This document shows positions 1 through 11,532 of a DNA stretch of 64,000 nucleotides, in pieces (within the stretch, counting starts at the first letter, position 1; every line of letters begins with the position of its first letter). The notes under the pieces are model-generated. The model saw nothing but the letters and a program-made list of their open reading frames with translations, had not been told where the DNA came from and did not search any database. Origin of the DNA: Williopsis jadinii (lineage: Eukaryota); assembly GCA_024346625.1 (NCBI GenBank), contig AP024667.1, forward strand, positions 186,001 to 250,000, read 5' to 3'. The position numbers and the translations under genes are program-made.

Positions 1-1703
1 CTGGTGGCGTTTCCACGGTCGAAACTTTAACCTTGTGTAGATATGTGTCCCGCTTAGATTTGTGCTTTGTGAGTGTGAGCGTGAATCGTGCGGCACACGG
101 CCGCCCCAAAAGAGTCATGTCCAGCAACATACGCGACCTGAACAGGAAAAAGGAAGAAAAACAAAACTGCAAATTTTTGCTGGTTGAAGTTGCCGCCTTG
201 GAAAAAAAGGCAAAGAGGACGAGATATTCAAGAGACGCTGAGGGGGTAAAATTGTTGATTGACTTTGGATGCCTAACATTCCTAAGATCTAAACGTTGAT
301 ATAACGTAGATCCAAAGAATATGTATGGGTTAGCGACTCAACCAATAATCAATAGCCTTGGACACATTTGGTTCCTGCTGTAGATTCTAATTTTGTTTCC
401 CCTGCTCGGAACAGACATGACAGTACGGTTAGAATTTCACCGCCCAGAGAAGACAGACGTTTCTATTCTTAGACATACGAATATTATACAGGACGACGGA
501 TATGCAGTGCAAAGGGCATTGAGAACATCTTAAGACATCTCTACGCAGGTGAGAGTGCTGGGTTTCTTCACCAAGCAAATGAGATCACACGCGCTGGTTT
601 GAATAGTTGAACATTTGTAACTTATTGACACCGTACCCGCGTGTCATGTTTCAACGAGCCGTGTACTAGCTGTTTTAGGCAGAAAGCCTTGGTAGGGCTA
701 TCCAGCCATCGGATCTATCATCAAGTGTACGTTGAGTACTGAAAGGGCTATAGTCCATGGAGGTTTGGTGAGTAGTCAACACTAAGGTCTCATATATATA
801 CACTTAATACTACGAGTGAGCAAAGAAGAGTGATGGCTTTGAATGGGAAACTAGCGAACAATACGGCCGGCGAACAAAAGCGAAAAATCGCAAGTTTATT
901 GATACTAGTGTAAGCTTCGTGATCACAAACGTTTTAACACGGCTAATGGCCCTAGCACTTCTCAAACGGAAGATAATCTTGGATCATAATCAGTGATTGT
1001 TGGTTCATGCCTGATTACGATTAACTGTATTCCGATCCCATCATCTACAGATGGATTCTCGAATTCTAACAACCCTTCAGCCCAGCAAACTTAAAAAATT
1101 ACGACAGTTTCCTAAAATAGAGACTACCATAACACCGGAACGTTAATATAATAGCGTTAATTTTATTTGGTGAACAGCTGAAGAGGGCAACTTCCGAGCC
1201 AACATCCAGATTCCAACCTCTAAGCGTTACTGGAAAAAATTTTTCTAACTCCCATGAGTAAGACTCTACAGCCTTTCTATTTTCTGCTCTGTTGTTGCTT
1301 CCGCTTCCAATGTTTTCGTCTTATCAACTGCAAGAATGGAAAACTTTGGGACAAAATTTTCACCAGCCCATGTGTCCCGTCTTACTCTTTTGAGAAGGCT
1401 GCGCGCCCAAAAAGGAAAGAGGACCGTACACCACAGGGATTTTCGTGCATGTCTTGCATAAAAGCTCATGCGAGAAGAAGTGTAAACAACATATGTACAG
1501 TCCAGAGAGAGATTTGCCATATGCGAGCATGTACAACCATACCTTGAACTGATATAGATTGATGAATTGATTCCCCCTTAAGATCAATCAGAAGGAGAAA
1601 AAAAAAACTATAAGAGCAGGCCTTCATCCTGTTTTTCAACAGTTCAGCTTCTGCTCTTTTTTCCTTTCTTCATCAACCAACTACTTACATTCGCTCGATC
1701 ATA

Positions 1704-2129
1704 ATGCAATTCTCTACTTTCGCTGCCGCTGCTGCCATTGCCTCCGTCGCTGTTGCTGACTACGCCAACGTTACCTCTACTGCTGAGGTTTACTCTAACA
1801 CCACCACCGTCATCACCATCACTTCCTGTGATGAGGTCTGTACCGAGGTTCCAGTCACCACCGGTGTCACTGTTATCACTGAGACCATCGAGGGTGTTGT
1901 TACTGAGTACACTACCTACTGCCCACTCTCCACCGAGGAGACTCCAGCTACCGTTGCTCCAACCACCGTTGCTCCAGCTACTGAGGAGACTTCTACTGTC
2001 CACGCTACTGAGACCTCCACTCTTGCTGCCAACGGTACTACCTACTCCGTCACCTCTTACGAGGGTGCTGCTGTCAAGGCCCTTCCAGCTTTCGCTGCCG
2101 TTGCTGCCGGTGTTGCTTTGTTGTTCTAA
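1704..2129 (+). CDS. CCW12: GPI-anchored cell wall mannoprotein (Ccw12/Sed1 family)
   Basis: Signal peptide [31 protein letters not shown]...YTTYCPL repeat motif, T-rich stalk, hydrophobic GPI tail, strong codon bias; lies next to BTB gene and AHP1 as CCW12 does in S. cerevisiae. Confidence 0.8.
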   Translation: MQFSTFAAAAAIASVAVADYANVTSTAEVYSNTTTVITITSCDEVCTEVPVTTGVTVITETIEGVVTEYTTYCPLSTEETPATVAPTTVAPATEETSTVHATETSTLAANGTTYSVTSYEGAAVKALPAFAAVAAGVALLF

Positions 2130-2815
2130 GCACATCAAAACAAAATTGATACCACTTGTCATATTTATGTAACGTTTTTAAAGGGATTCTAATTTGGGTA
2201 GTTTTATAAAACGTTTTGTAGTATCATATTGTGTAGTTTTGTGTTTGATTGCTGTTATTCAAAAGCGGATTTTGGTCGTCTCACTGTTAACATTCCGTAG
2301 TGAAATCTTTTCTGTTTCTGGCCAACGCAATGCACAGGTGACGTTGTCATCGAGCAGGAGGTGTTTCTAATTTGGGACCGCATTGAAAACTTTTTCGAAT
2401 AGTTGCATGTCCGACATTATTTTTGTACTCTTTTTTTGTCTCTTGCTTTTCCTGCTCCCCTAGTTTTGGACCAATGTTTTTTTTCCTGTCTCTTCGAATG
2501 TGCCGAAGTGTTGTTGAAATTCCTCATTGGGAAGTTGCGTCCGAGCTCCGAGAATTAGGCTCTTTTCCGTTTCCTCGTGACATAACTTCTAGCCCCATTT
2601 CCACAGTGTGAACACACAGCAAAACATCATTTATACCTATGAAGGCATGGGGATCCTACGCCCACCATGGCTGATTATTGTGCTAATTGATTTTAATTCA
2701 TTGGCCCGTTGATTACATGTTTTCTCATCCTTTGTGGGGCTCCGCGTCATTGAATTATTTCTACGGTATTAACAGTTAGGCCTAATTAACCAGCATTGGA
2801 GGAAGTTTTATAAAC

Positions 2816-3934
2816 TCAGGTGAATAACAGAGACCCCCATTCAGCTTCTGTTCCACTAGCCTTATTGACAATGAGTTCCAACCCTCTTCCTTGATCCTGT
2901 AGCCTTATAAGGCATTCCGTAATACAGATACATTGGTCCTGTGTGATTCCATTCTTCAAATATGCAGTGAATGCGAGTTGGTTTGAGTGGTATTGGTACT
3001 GGTTATCTGGGCTCAAGAGTCCAGGAAATAGAGACTGTATCTTGTTTGCAGTTTCGTTGTGGAATACCAAAGCCCTGTCACCGACCCACGACACTTCAGG
3101 TTTTGTTATCCTTATTAGTAAAACCTTTGGTGATTCCTCTGTGTATTTCCTCTTATAGCAGACGTAATGACCCGGCCGCAACACCAGACACTCAGGATTG
3201 ATACTATCCAGTGACACTGCTATTTCTTGTGCACCAGTGAATGGGTTATACACCTCGATTATGTTTTGTAACTTCTCCGCCAGTGCGTTAAACCTATAGT
3301 ACTTTGCCTCTTTGATCAACGACCTTCTGTGCTCCGGCGATCTAATCTCAGGCTCAGCACCTTGGAGCATATGGACCAACTCTTTGAACAGTATTGGACT
3401 TCTGTTCAAAGATGGCGCAGCTTGTGGAGGCGGACGAATCCAATTCATGTCGGTGATGATGTCGCTAATGTCCTTATAGAGCGAGTCATTGGCCACTGTA
3501 AAGAAGTTTGGTGTGTTGCCACGGCCGCTGAGCAGCTTCTTTGAAACCTTTATCGACTCTCCTCCTATGTTCGCATAGTAGTAGTCAGAGTTCAGGATCA
3601 GTTGGCGCAGCTGGGGGAGGTGGTAATAAAGGGCATCTGAAAACAGCCCAGTAAACGTATCTGCATCGTCAATTTCAACGTGATAACCCTGTAGATGGGA
3701 ATAGATGTATTGGAAGATCCTTGGGGAGCGATCGATAAACAGCACCTGGTCACTATTGGCACTCTGAGAGAAGTAATTGGTGAAATACGAAGGAGCATCG
3801 GAAGACAGAGATGCTCCTGACAGGATGAACCTCTCATTACCAATCTGAATCGTATACATTTTACTATGTGGCAGTATCTTCTTGATACTTGGATCATAGT
3901 GGGTCGTCATCTCTTGAACCGATCGTCTCTGCAT
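2816..3934 (-). CDS. BTB/POZ domain protein (YLR108C/YDR132C-like)
   Basis: LSGASLSSDAPSYFT, LFIDRSPRIFQYIYSHLQGY, second BTB repeat ending EAKYYRFNAL. Confidence 0.85.
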   Translation of the reverse strand: MQRRSVQEMTTHYDPSIKKILPHSKMYTIQIGNERFILSGASLSSDAPSYFTNYFSQSANSDQVLFIDRSPRIFQYIYSHLQGYHVEIDDADTFTGLFSDALYYHLPQLRQLILNSDYYYANIGGESIKVSKKLLSGRGNTPNFFTVANDSLYKDISDIITDMNWIRPPPQAAPSLNRSPILFKELVHMLQGAEPEIRSPEHRRSLIKEAKYYRFNALAEKLQNIIEVYNPFTGAQEIAVSLDSINPECLVLRPGHYVCYKRKYTEESPKVLLIRITKPEVSWVGDRALVFHNETANKIQSLFPGLLSPDNQYQYHSNQLAFTAYLKNGITQDQCICITECLIRLQDQGRGLELIVNKASGTEAEWGSLLFT

Positions 3935-4174
3935 TCCTCACTTCTCGTGTCGTCCGTAGAGAAATGGGATCCTTTTCCCGTTCTTGTTTTTTTTCTTTCT
4001 CTTGTTGGTGGTAATTCCCTCGACGGAGAGCACCAGTGGAGGAAGGCGGGTGTCACATTACGCGGAGATTAAATAGACATTCCATCATCAACAGCCTTTT
4101 ACACTCTACTAATGGATTTCCACGCGATATATCAAGAAACATTAAGGGGCGTTATAAACGATAAAAGATCGTGA

Positions 4175-4693
4175 TCATAGCTTAGATAAAACGTTAGCAG
4201 CGCCCGACACAGTGACCTTGGAAGCGTCAGGTTCTTCAGCGGCATAAGTCACTATACCGTCAACAACAACGATCACGTATCTACCAGTCAGCACGCCGTT
4301 GTCGCCACCATCCTTTGTCCAGCCGATGGACTGCGAGAACTTTGCACTTGGATCCGACGCGAACTCCAGTGGAGGCTTCTGTCCCAACAGTTTTCCCCAG
4401 GCGGCACCAACAAACGGCAGGTCCCTTGTGATGACAAACACCTTATCAACACCCTTGTCTGCAAACTCTTTGGCCTTTGCAACGTAGCCTGGGATATGGG
4501 ACAGGGTACAGGTTGGCGTGAAGGCACCCGGCGCAGAGGTGATAACGATCTTCTTCCCTTTCAAGTTCTCCTGGCTCAGTTTAAAGCTGATTGGAAGCTT
4601 GCACGACAGTTTGTTCTTCTGGTCCTCCTCGTCATATGGAACGTAGTTGAAGTAGAAGTCTGGAGGGAATGGCTTTCCGATTAGATCAGACAT
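4175..4693 (-). CDS. AHP1: Prx5-type peroxiredoxin with C-terminal PTS1 (SKL)
   Basis: PGAFTPTCTLSHIPGY active site, N-terminal SCKLP resolving-Cys segment, ends VLSKL; first ATG at 4693. Confidence 0.85.
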   Translation of the reverse strand: MSDLIGKPFPPDFYFNYVPYDEEDQKNKLSCKLPISFKLSQENLKGKKIVITSAPGAFTPTCTLSHIPGYVAKAKEFADKGVDKVFVITRDLPFVGAAWGKLLGQKPPLEFASDPSAKFSQSIGWTKDGGDNGVLTGRYVIVVVDGIVTYAAEEPDASKVTVSGAANVLSKL

Positions 4694-5390
4694 TGTTGCA
4701 GTTGTATATGCTCTTACGGAACTCAATTGCGGGGGAAATCAACAAAAAGGAGAGAAGTGATGTTTCTCGTTTTATATACAATTCAATAGTAGTGGCTCTG
4801 AGTGGCGAGGTGTCGGGTGTACTTGAACTGTGGGACAATGACGTATATCTTCATTTGTATGGCACTGCACTACGTACTTATGCAGTTTTAGTAATCCACT
4901 CGGGTGTTAAGTAATGAGTGTTCCAATCAATTCCACACCTTAGAATCTAGAATATGAAGTAGCAACTGAGAAAGCAAACTGGTTAGGACATTGGAGCGAT
5001 TCACCAGACACGTGTTTGCCCAATTGGTGTTGTATATATAAGGAACTCCAGTTATGGTATATGGCTCATATGTCTGGATGTTTTGAGCTGCTTTAGTTTT
5101 GGCATGGAAAGCTGGAGACACGGGGATATCACGTGATCCTGCACGTGATGCTCCAACCCGGACATCGTACTTGGCTCAGGGTGCGTGTCTCGATAGAGCG
5201 TTTTAGTCCAATTGATCACATGGTTCAATGGCCTTGAACACCATACAAACATTTGTTTATTGATCGCTTTCTCCTCAAGAGTGGGTTATTTGCTTCTGAG
5301 ACTTGTTGCTTACGATCGCTCACAGTCGCTCACAGTCTCGTCAATCCTTTCACACCCTCCCTGTGTTGTCGTCTGTTGTTGATCAACCCG

Positions 5391-7061
5391 ATGTATATCC
5401 ATTCAATACACAATGAGTTTCTGTGTGACAATGTGAGAGTTGAGGTTGTTTACGAGGAGAACCCGGTGTTTGCCGACGAGGAGGTCTCTGCCATCATTCG
5501 ATTTCGTCATCTGGGCCCCAAAAGGGCTCCTGAGCCTAACAGACACACCGCGGAGGAGTCCCAACATGTGGAGGAGAAGAGTACAGGGTGGGGCCAGAGG
5601 TTATCGCTACAGCTCTCGAATGCTGCTAGATCGCTTTTCCTCGAGGACATGGATGAAAACGGATCACTACACGATGAATCGGTCCATAATCCTGTAGAAT
5701 TGCTCACAGGTTACGTCCAGCTATCCGGGTTCTTCACATTTGATCCCCAAGTGATGGATCAAGAAAAGATGGATCTGTTGAAGAAGAGTAGCACAGTCTC
5801 GGGCAAGATTGGTGGAATTGATGGACTGGAACTCACAAGAGCACCAAATGGTGGTGGGCTGTTCGACAAAGTTTATGGACTCTTTAATCAACCTATAGAT
5901 GGGTTATATTCGCAGGATGAAGGCCAAAAGAAAGAGTTAGAACATATGATTCCGTTCTTTGCAACTCCAAAGTCCTTGCTCTTTGGAGAAATTGAACTAC
6001 AGCCTTCAACTACACAAACTTTCTACTTCAAATGCAGACTACCAAGAGTCTCAGCACCAACTTATAGGGGGAAGGTTTTGAACATCAACTACAGGCTAAT
6101 AGTTGGTGCCTCATTTGATAGAAGCCTACCGGAACCTAAGATCTTACAATTCCCATTAACAGTTGTACAGAATTTCGATTCAAATGGTTATCAGCCTGTT
6201 TGCTCACTGGATAGTTTCATACTGTTACCATCAGACAAGCTATTTAGCGAACTGTTTGAGGCACAGTCACCAAACGGCAGAAGGTCCAGCTTCAAAACGA
6301 TCAAGAATACAGTATTAACACAACCAAAAGTGACGCAGAGTGATAAGAAGGATAAGTTCTTGAAAAAGCTTTCTCATATGATCGAGAACCCGGATGAAGA
6401 AGTTGAAGAGTTCACCATTGACGAATTTCAAAATTCAAACGTAAAGGACAACATATCACAATTCACAGAGGCATTGATAATTAAGGGTGAGATCGATGAG
6501 GACAGACCACGTCTCATAAAACAGCATGGAATGACGTTGGAGAACCAAATTTTGAGATTCCAGTCACAATATATTATCAATTATGATGCCAGATTGATTG
6601 CATCGTTGACATTCTCTAAACCCATTTACAAGATTGGTGAATGCATCAGACTCGTTGTGGACCTTTCTTCACAGGAGTTCTGCACAACTGGGCTATTCGT
6701 CTCTTTGGACTCTGTTGAATCAATTAGAGACCTTTACGTTGCAGAGGCACAGGATTCGACCAGGTTTATACCACATTATAAGGAGTCATTCACCGTGATG
6801 AAGTACGATTCTCTAACCATTGACATTCCAATCCCATTGAATGCAACAGCACAGTTTAGAACCTCCATCTTTGAAAACAAGTGGAGTTTGGCTCTGAAGT
6901 TTATCATTACTAAAGAAGACCTACAGCATTCCGTCCACTCGGACAACTCGGGTGAATATTTCTTTGCAATGGATTCATTGGCTGGCTTTGAATTCAACTG
7001 CAGACTACCATTAGTTGTATTACCTCCAGATCAAGACTTTGGAGGAATATCTGTTTTATAA
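5391..7061 (+). CDS. RGP1: Rgp1 subunit of Ric1-Rgp1 GEF
   Basis: VRVEVVYEENPVFADE, LLTGYVQLSG, PFFATPKSLLF, PTYRGK, QFRTSIFENKWSL motifs; first ATG at 5391. Confidence 0.8.
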   Translation: MYIHSIHNEFLCDNVRVEVVYEENPVFADEEVSAIIRFRHLGPKRAPEPNRHTAEESQHVEEKSTGWGQRLSLQLSNAARSLFLEDMDENGSLHDESVHNPVELLTGYVQLSGFFTFDPQVMDQEKMDLLKKSSTVSGKIGGIDGLELTRAPNGGGLFDKVYGLFNQPIDGLYSQDEGQKKELEHMIPFFATPKSLLFGEIELQPSTTQTFYFKCRLPRVSAPTYRGKVLNINYRLIVGASFDRSLPEPKILQFPLTVVQNFDSNGYQPVCSLDSFILLPSDKLFSELFEAQSPNGRRSSFKTIKNTVLTQPKVTQSDKKDKFLKKLSHMIENPDEEVEEFTIDEFQNSNVKDNISQFTEALIIKGEIDEDRPRLIKQHGMTLENQILRFQSQYIINYDARLIASLTFSKPIYKIGECIRLVVDLSSQEFCTTGLFVSLDSVESIRDLYVAEAQDSTRFIPHYKESFTVMKYDSLTIDIPIPLNATAQFRTSIFENKWSLALKFIITKEDLQHSVHSDNSGEYFFAMDSLAGFEFNCRLPLVVLPPDQDFGGISVL

Positions 7062-7122
7062 CACATTTAGACTAAATTAAAAGACCAGATCAAAAACAGA
7101 AAGCCACTTGCGATATTAGCAT

Positions 7123-8895
7123 TCACTCATTGGTTTTCTTACCCGTATACCAACTCCATATACCCTTCGTAGTAGTTGGTTGGTTCTTTTTCTTGTCATT
7201 GACGTTCTTTTCTGTTGATGATTCGTTTTCGTTATGCTCCTGATGCTCCTTTGAAGTTGCTGTTTTGAAACTCTTCTTGTACTCTTCGAATCTCTTTGTA
7301 TTCTCATTCTTAAATATTTGAAACTTTTCACTTAGAGTCTTGACTTCCTCAGAATAAACGTGCTTAGGTTCAAAGATGTCAAAGATATGATCATCAGTAT
7401 GCGTATTGAACAGTTTATAGTTCTCTGTACCTTTCCACAGATTGATGAAGTCCAAGTTGAAGTTCTTCAACTGATGTGAGTCGTATTCTCTTGCGGTCAA
7501 GTCGCTTGACGGCAGAGTTCCATTGAACTTGTCCAAATAGTTTGCAAACTTAACCGTTGATAGCATTGAGGTGAGGTAGTCTTCGAATTGCCATCTGATA
7601 TAATCATCAGACCCCAGAAATGCCGAATAACTATCACTCCATGACTTAGCCACAGCCTGTGCGACATGAGACATCCATTTCCTATCGTAGTAAGGAAGAT
7701 GTAAAGGTTGTACCAGGGTCTGGTCAACAATCTCCACAGTTCTCGTATCCAAGTTTACCAACACATCACACATTTGCGCCTTTTGGTTCAAGAGAAGGGC
7801 ATTCGAGGTCCCTATAACGTAGTGTGGAGTCTTTCGTAGATCATCAAATTGTTGTAGCGGACAGTACGGGCTAAACAACCCACCTTTTCCGAATATCTGC
7901 AAGGGTAAGCCTGCAAATGATAATACGGAGTTTCGATCCGACATCTGGAAGCTCGTCTGCGTTGTTAGAGTCTTTGAGTAGTTATCCAGCTCAGGAGAAG
8001 AAGAGTCTAACAAGTTGTTTATCAAGTTTGGTATCAAGCTGATGAATGCAAATTCAGTAACACAGAGAGTGGTTGGGTTTGACGAGTAGAATGCCACTCT
8101 TTTCTCTAATAGCATGGCCTTCAAGATCACCAGTACGTCCTTGTTGAAATCCCTCACCAGCCCTCTCAAAGATATACCAGAGTAGAACTCACTCTCATCA
8201 ACACTCGTAGCATCGGAGTTGTATATGTCTCTCAAGTTCTGGTATAGGACATCAACTATGCTTCTATCATTGAAGTTCTTCTGTTCAAAGAATGCCCTTG
8301 TGACAATGCTCAACTTCTCCTTTATCTGTCCGTATACAGGCTGTCTCAGTATCACAACGATGGCCTTCTGCACTGAAGATCTCGTCACGTCTGAGTCCTT
8401 TTCCAACAAGTCCTGAGAATTGATCCTCATAGCACATGATATGCCGAACAGCGTGCTCTCTTTATCATCTGCTATGGGGAATCTCAGCGTGAAGTAGGCA
8501 AACGTTTCATCAAACGCATGCGCACCGTCGGGCAATGCTTGGAACGGTAGATATGGCCATAAGTCGGCCACGTCCTTGGTAAAGTCCTCATGTGCTAGTT
8601 TCGAATATTCAACCTCTGGTCCACGGAGATGGTGGAAGTTCACTATGCAAACGCCAAAGATGAGGTCCTTTGCCGCTCCATGGAGATCAGACATCTTCCT
8701 CGACGGACTAGTAGGTTCCCTTGGTCGCTGGGCACGTGATGGCTTCAGCAGAGGAGATTCATCAGCGGTTGGTTTATTGCTCTTGTCTTCTTCAAAAGGT
8801 GGCATCAGTTCATTTGTATCCGGCTCATCTTGGACGCTGTCCACAGCTTGAGCCTCCTCCACCCACGGATTCTCAGTCTCACTGTCACTGTCCAT
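7123..8895 (-). CDS. AVL9: Late secretory pathway DENN-like protein Avl9
   Basis: VNFHHLRGPEVEY, LPFQALPDGAH, DVTRSSVQKA, GSDDYIRWQFEDYL motifs. Confidence 0.92.
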   Translation of the reverse strand: MDSDSETENPWVEEAQAVDSVQDEPDTNELMPPFEEDKSNKPTADESPLLKPSRAQRPREPTSPSRKMSDLHGAAKDLIFGVCIVNFHHLRGPEVEYSKLAHEDFTKDVADLWPYLPFQALPDGAHAFDETFAYFTLRFPIADDKESTLFGISCAMRINSQDLLEKDSDVTRSSVQKAIVVILRQPVYGQIKEKLSIVTRAFFEQKNFNDRSIVDVLYQNLRDIYNSDATSVDESEFYSGISLRGLVRDFNKDVLVILKAMLLEKRVAFYSSNPTTLCVTEFAFISLIPNLINNLLDSSSPELDNYSKTLTTQTSFQMSDRNSVLSFAGLPLQIFGKGGLFSPYCPLQQFDDLRKTPHYVIGTSNALLLNQKAQMCDVLVNLDTRTVEIVDQTLVQPLHLPYYDRKWMSHVAQAVAKSWSDSYSAFLGSDDYIRWQFEDYLTSMLSTVKFANYLDKFNGTLPSSDLTAREYDSHQLKNFNLDFINLWKGTENYKLFNTHTDDHIFDIFEPKHVYSEEVKTLSEKFQIFKNENTKRFEEYKKSFKTATSKEHQEHNENESSTEKNVNDKKKNQPTTTKGIWSWYTGKKTNE

Positions 8896-9781
8896 CGCTT
8901 CAAGGGGAATGTCAGGCCGTGTTATAAGCTATGGGCACAAAGCGTCGTTCTCAGTAGTGCTCAGTGCTTCTATGAACGGTGCTGGGCCTGCTGCTTCTCT
9001 CTGTGTTGTTGTTGATGTTGTTGTTGTGCCCGAGTTTGTGTGTTCTGCCCAGCTCCAGCCTGTCCCCCTACCACTTTCCCTCTGCCTGCCTGCCTGCCTG
9101 CCTGCCTGTGTCCAACCGGGGGGGGGGGACACGGGAGGTACAACGACGTCTATGTGAGTTGAGAGGTTTAAAGAGAGATTCCAGTGAGATGTGTGACGTG
9201 TGGCTCGCAAGTTCTTGCTTGATTGATGCGATATGGTGAGCCTGGTGAGCCTCTTTTGTGGGCTTAGTATGGGTTCATGGTGATTTGTATGTAGGTCTAA
9301 AATGCACAACGGGTCTTCACCATTGAGCGAGCTACATGGATAGGCCATCTGGGTTCAATTGGCTGGAAACTACAGACATTCTGTCTCACTGGAACAGTCA
9401 ACTACACTGACGTCAGAAGTTGAGGTATTGACGGGAGCCCATGGATTAACAGCGATGAATCATTTCACTTAGTATCAATAGGCTGAAGTGTCTCAAATCA
9501 TCCAGACACCAGCACCAATATTGCCCTCTTTGGGGACCTTGTCTCTAATGGCATCAAACCAGGGTAATACACGAGCTCACGGAGGTTCATTGTTCATTTG
9601 AGCATTCTGGTGAAGTAGTACTCACAGGTAAGTGGGTGCTTTATTCACTGGGTGGTTCTCCCTTTCCATTTACCGTTGATGCTTCATGTAACATCGATTT
9701 GCTTCACCTGTATTATGCAACTTCTCGAGTTGTCTAACGGTACTTTGGTCGTGAAGCAGAAGAACTGCCATACATCTGTTT

Positions 9782-10315
9782 CTAATGAGGGTCAGTGACA
9801 TGTGTGCTCATCTTCAAACATGATTTGCGCAGAGTCTTCTCCGTGCTAAATTTCACTGGACTAGCCTCATTTGACTTGACACATGTATGGTAATTGAAGA
9901 GCACAACGTCCGAGTATTCATCAAACTGAATTCCTGTACGTTTCTCCTTATTCGATGTACTGAATTCTTCAAACTCTGTACGAAGATCAACGATTGAGAA
10001 TAAATCACTTTCGAAATGAATGGCTTCAGAGATGTACCTAATACAACTGTGATGCGAAGTAGTCGGTACGCGAATGTGGTAGTGGAATGCATCCTCATGG
10101 AGTTCCATGCCAGTTCTGTGAAGACTTCTATCATCGTCATTTGGAGTACAAATGGGATAATCAAGAAGAGTCATCGTATCTGAAAGATCCGATTCACAGG
10201 AATATTGGGGATTATTTATCTTTTGACAAGTCCATGACATAAGTTCATCCATGTACGAATATTGGCCATTGTCTATATGGTTGTTTTCCTCGGTAGCTTC
10301 TGTAAATGATGGCAT
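9782..10315 (-). CDS. Hypothetical protein (possible PP1-docking motifs)
   Basis: 177-aa ATG-initiated ORF filling an otherwise empty interval; no recognised domain; KRTGIQF and RKSCLK motifs near C-terminus. Confidence 0.5.
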   Translation of the reverse strand: MPSFTEATEENNHIDNGQYSYMDELMSWTCQKINNPQYSCESDLSDTMTLLDYPICTPNDDDRSLHRTGMELHEDAFHYHIRVPTTSHHSCIRYISEAIHFESDLFSIVDLRTEFEEFSTSNKEKRTGIQFDEYSDVVLFNYHTCVKSNEASPVKFSTEKTLRKSCLKMSTHVTDPH

Positions 10316-10534
10316 TCTTACTAATGGTAACAGTATGAGAGTGGAGAATAGTAACTCTGAAGGAAAGGATCCTTTGGCTTTTATATTGCCAAAGACAAGT
10401 TAAATTGAGGTCTTACAACACTTACTTTAACATCTCGTACAGCTTGAAAACGCACAGTGTAAGAGCTCGTTTCATTTTGAACATCAAGTAAAAGCTCAAG
10501 AGAACATACTCGGTATTATAAAGTCACATAAAAC

Positions 10535-11029
10535 TTACAAAGACTTCAAGACAGTCTCAGCACTCGAAACTGTAACGTCTCCAACTGTCTTTTCCTGACC
10601 GACGTAGGCAACGACACCGTCTTTGGCAATGAGTGCAAATCTACTGGAGACTTCACCTAGAGGCTCCACTTCAATCGTTGTCAGATCCAGCTCAGTGATG
10701 AATTTCAGACCAACATCACTCGCAAAGATGATTTGATCCTGGTGATCCTCCACGCCAAAGGTCTTTGCCCATGCTCTTTGAGCAAATAAGTTATCACGGT
10801 TAACAACGATGATTCTGACGCTCTTAGCACTGAATGCCTTCAGTTGATCGATATAAGAAGGTATATGGTGTTCAGAGCATGCAGGGGAGAAAGCTGCGGG
10901 AACACCAACAATGACATATGTACCACTAAACAACTCTTCAATCTTAAGAGGTGTTGGCTCCTTAGACTTTGCGTCAATGTAGTAAAGCCTGTAACTTGTT
11001 GGCAGTGATGAGTTCACAGATATTGCCAT
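10535..11029 (-). CDS. Prx5/PMP20-type peroxiredoxin, single cysteine
   Basis: VPAAFSPACSEHHIPSY, SRFALIAKDGVVAY, VTVSSAETVL; only one Cys in the protein. Confidence 0.85.
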   Translation of the reverse strand: MAISVNSSLPTSYRLYYIDAKSKEPTPLKIEELFSGTYVIVGVPAAFSPACSEHHIPSYIDQLKAFSAKSVRIIVVNRDNLFAQRAWAKTFGVEDHQDQIIFASDVGLKFITELDLTTIEVEPLGEVSSRFALIAKDGVVAYVGQEKTVGDVTVSSAETVLKSL

Positions 11030-11433
11030 TGCTTATATTAAAGAAGAGATGTCGATTGCAAAGATATCTTATTGTTGACTATAAAAAAGGTCAAATATAC
11101 TAATAAAGCAAACAATGAGAGCTCTTATATACTTGGGAAAAGGGGTAGCAACGTTCCAATTACAGTTGTATTAATACCTCTTCCCCCCCCCCCAAGAGTT
11201 TATACATGCATCAGAATTGTGTCATAAAACATCCACACACCAGCACATACTGAGACATATATACGTAGCACTGAAGGAGTGAGGCTCGTCTATTTGGCTG
11301 TAAATGATGATGATTGCCTATAGCAAAGTGTAACGAGTGCTTCTATGAACCAATTGTAGCTGAAATCACATTATCAGCTGTTAAACTGCCTCCCATGTGC
11401 TCGTTCCGGCAGTGCAGTTGTACGGTGCCAAAA

Positions 11434-11504
11434 GCTCATCGTTTCGCTCGAGGCGAAATTTTTCAACGAGTGTTTCCACCACGGAAGGCACTTCAGCTCA
11501 TCGC
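11434..11504. promoter_or_regulatory. PAC + RRPE ribosome-biogenesis elements upstream of DPH6
   Basis: GCTCATCG at 11434, AAATTTTTCA at 11456, GCTCATCGC at 11496. Confidence 0.7.
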
Positions 11505-11532
11505 CTATTGAAGTTCATCTCAACGTCTCACT

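Noticed and set aside
1111..1120. Possible Rlm1 site CTAAAATAG upstream of the cell wall gene
   Set aside because: One base short of CTA(A/T)4TAG; cannot be supported
1644..2172. ORFs overlapping the CCW12-like gene (1644-2162 minus, 1738-2172 plus)
   Set aside because: Shadow frames produced by strong codon bias; no independent coding signal
8909..9348. Several 80-140 aa ORFs upstream of AVL9
   Set aside because: Built from (GTT)n, (CCTG)n and poly-G simple repeats in promoter DNA
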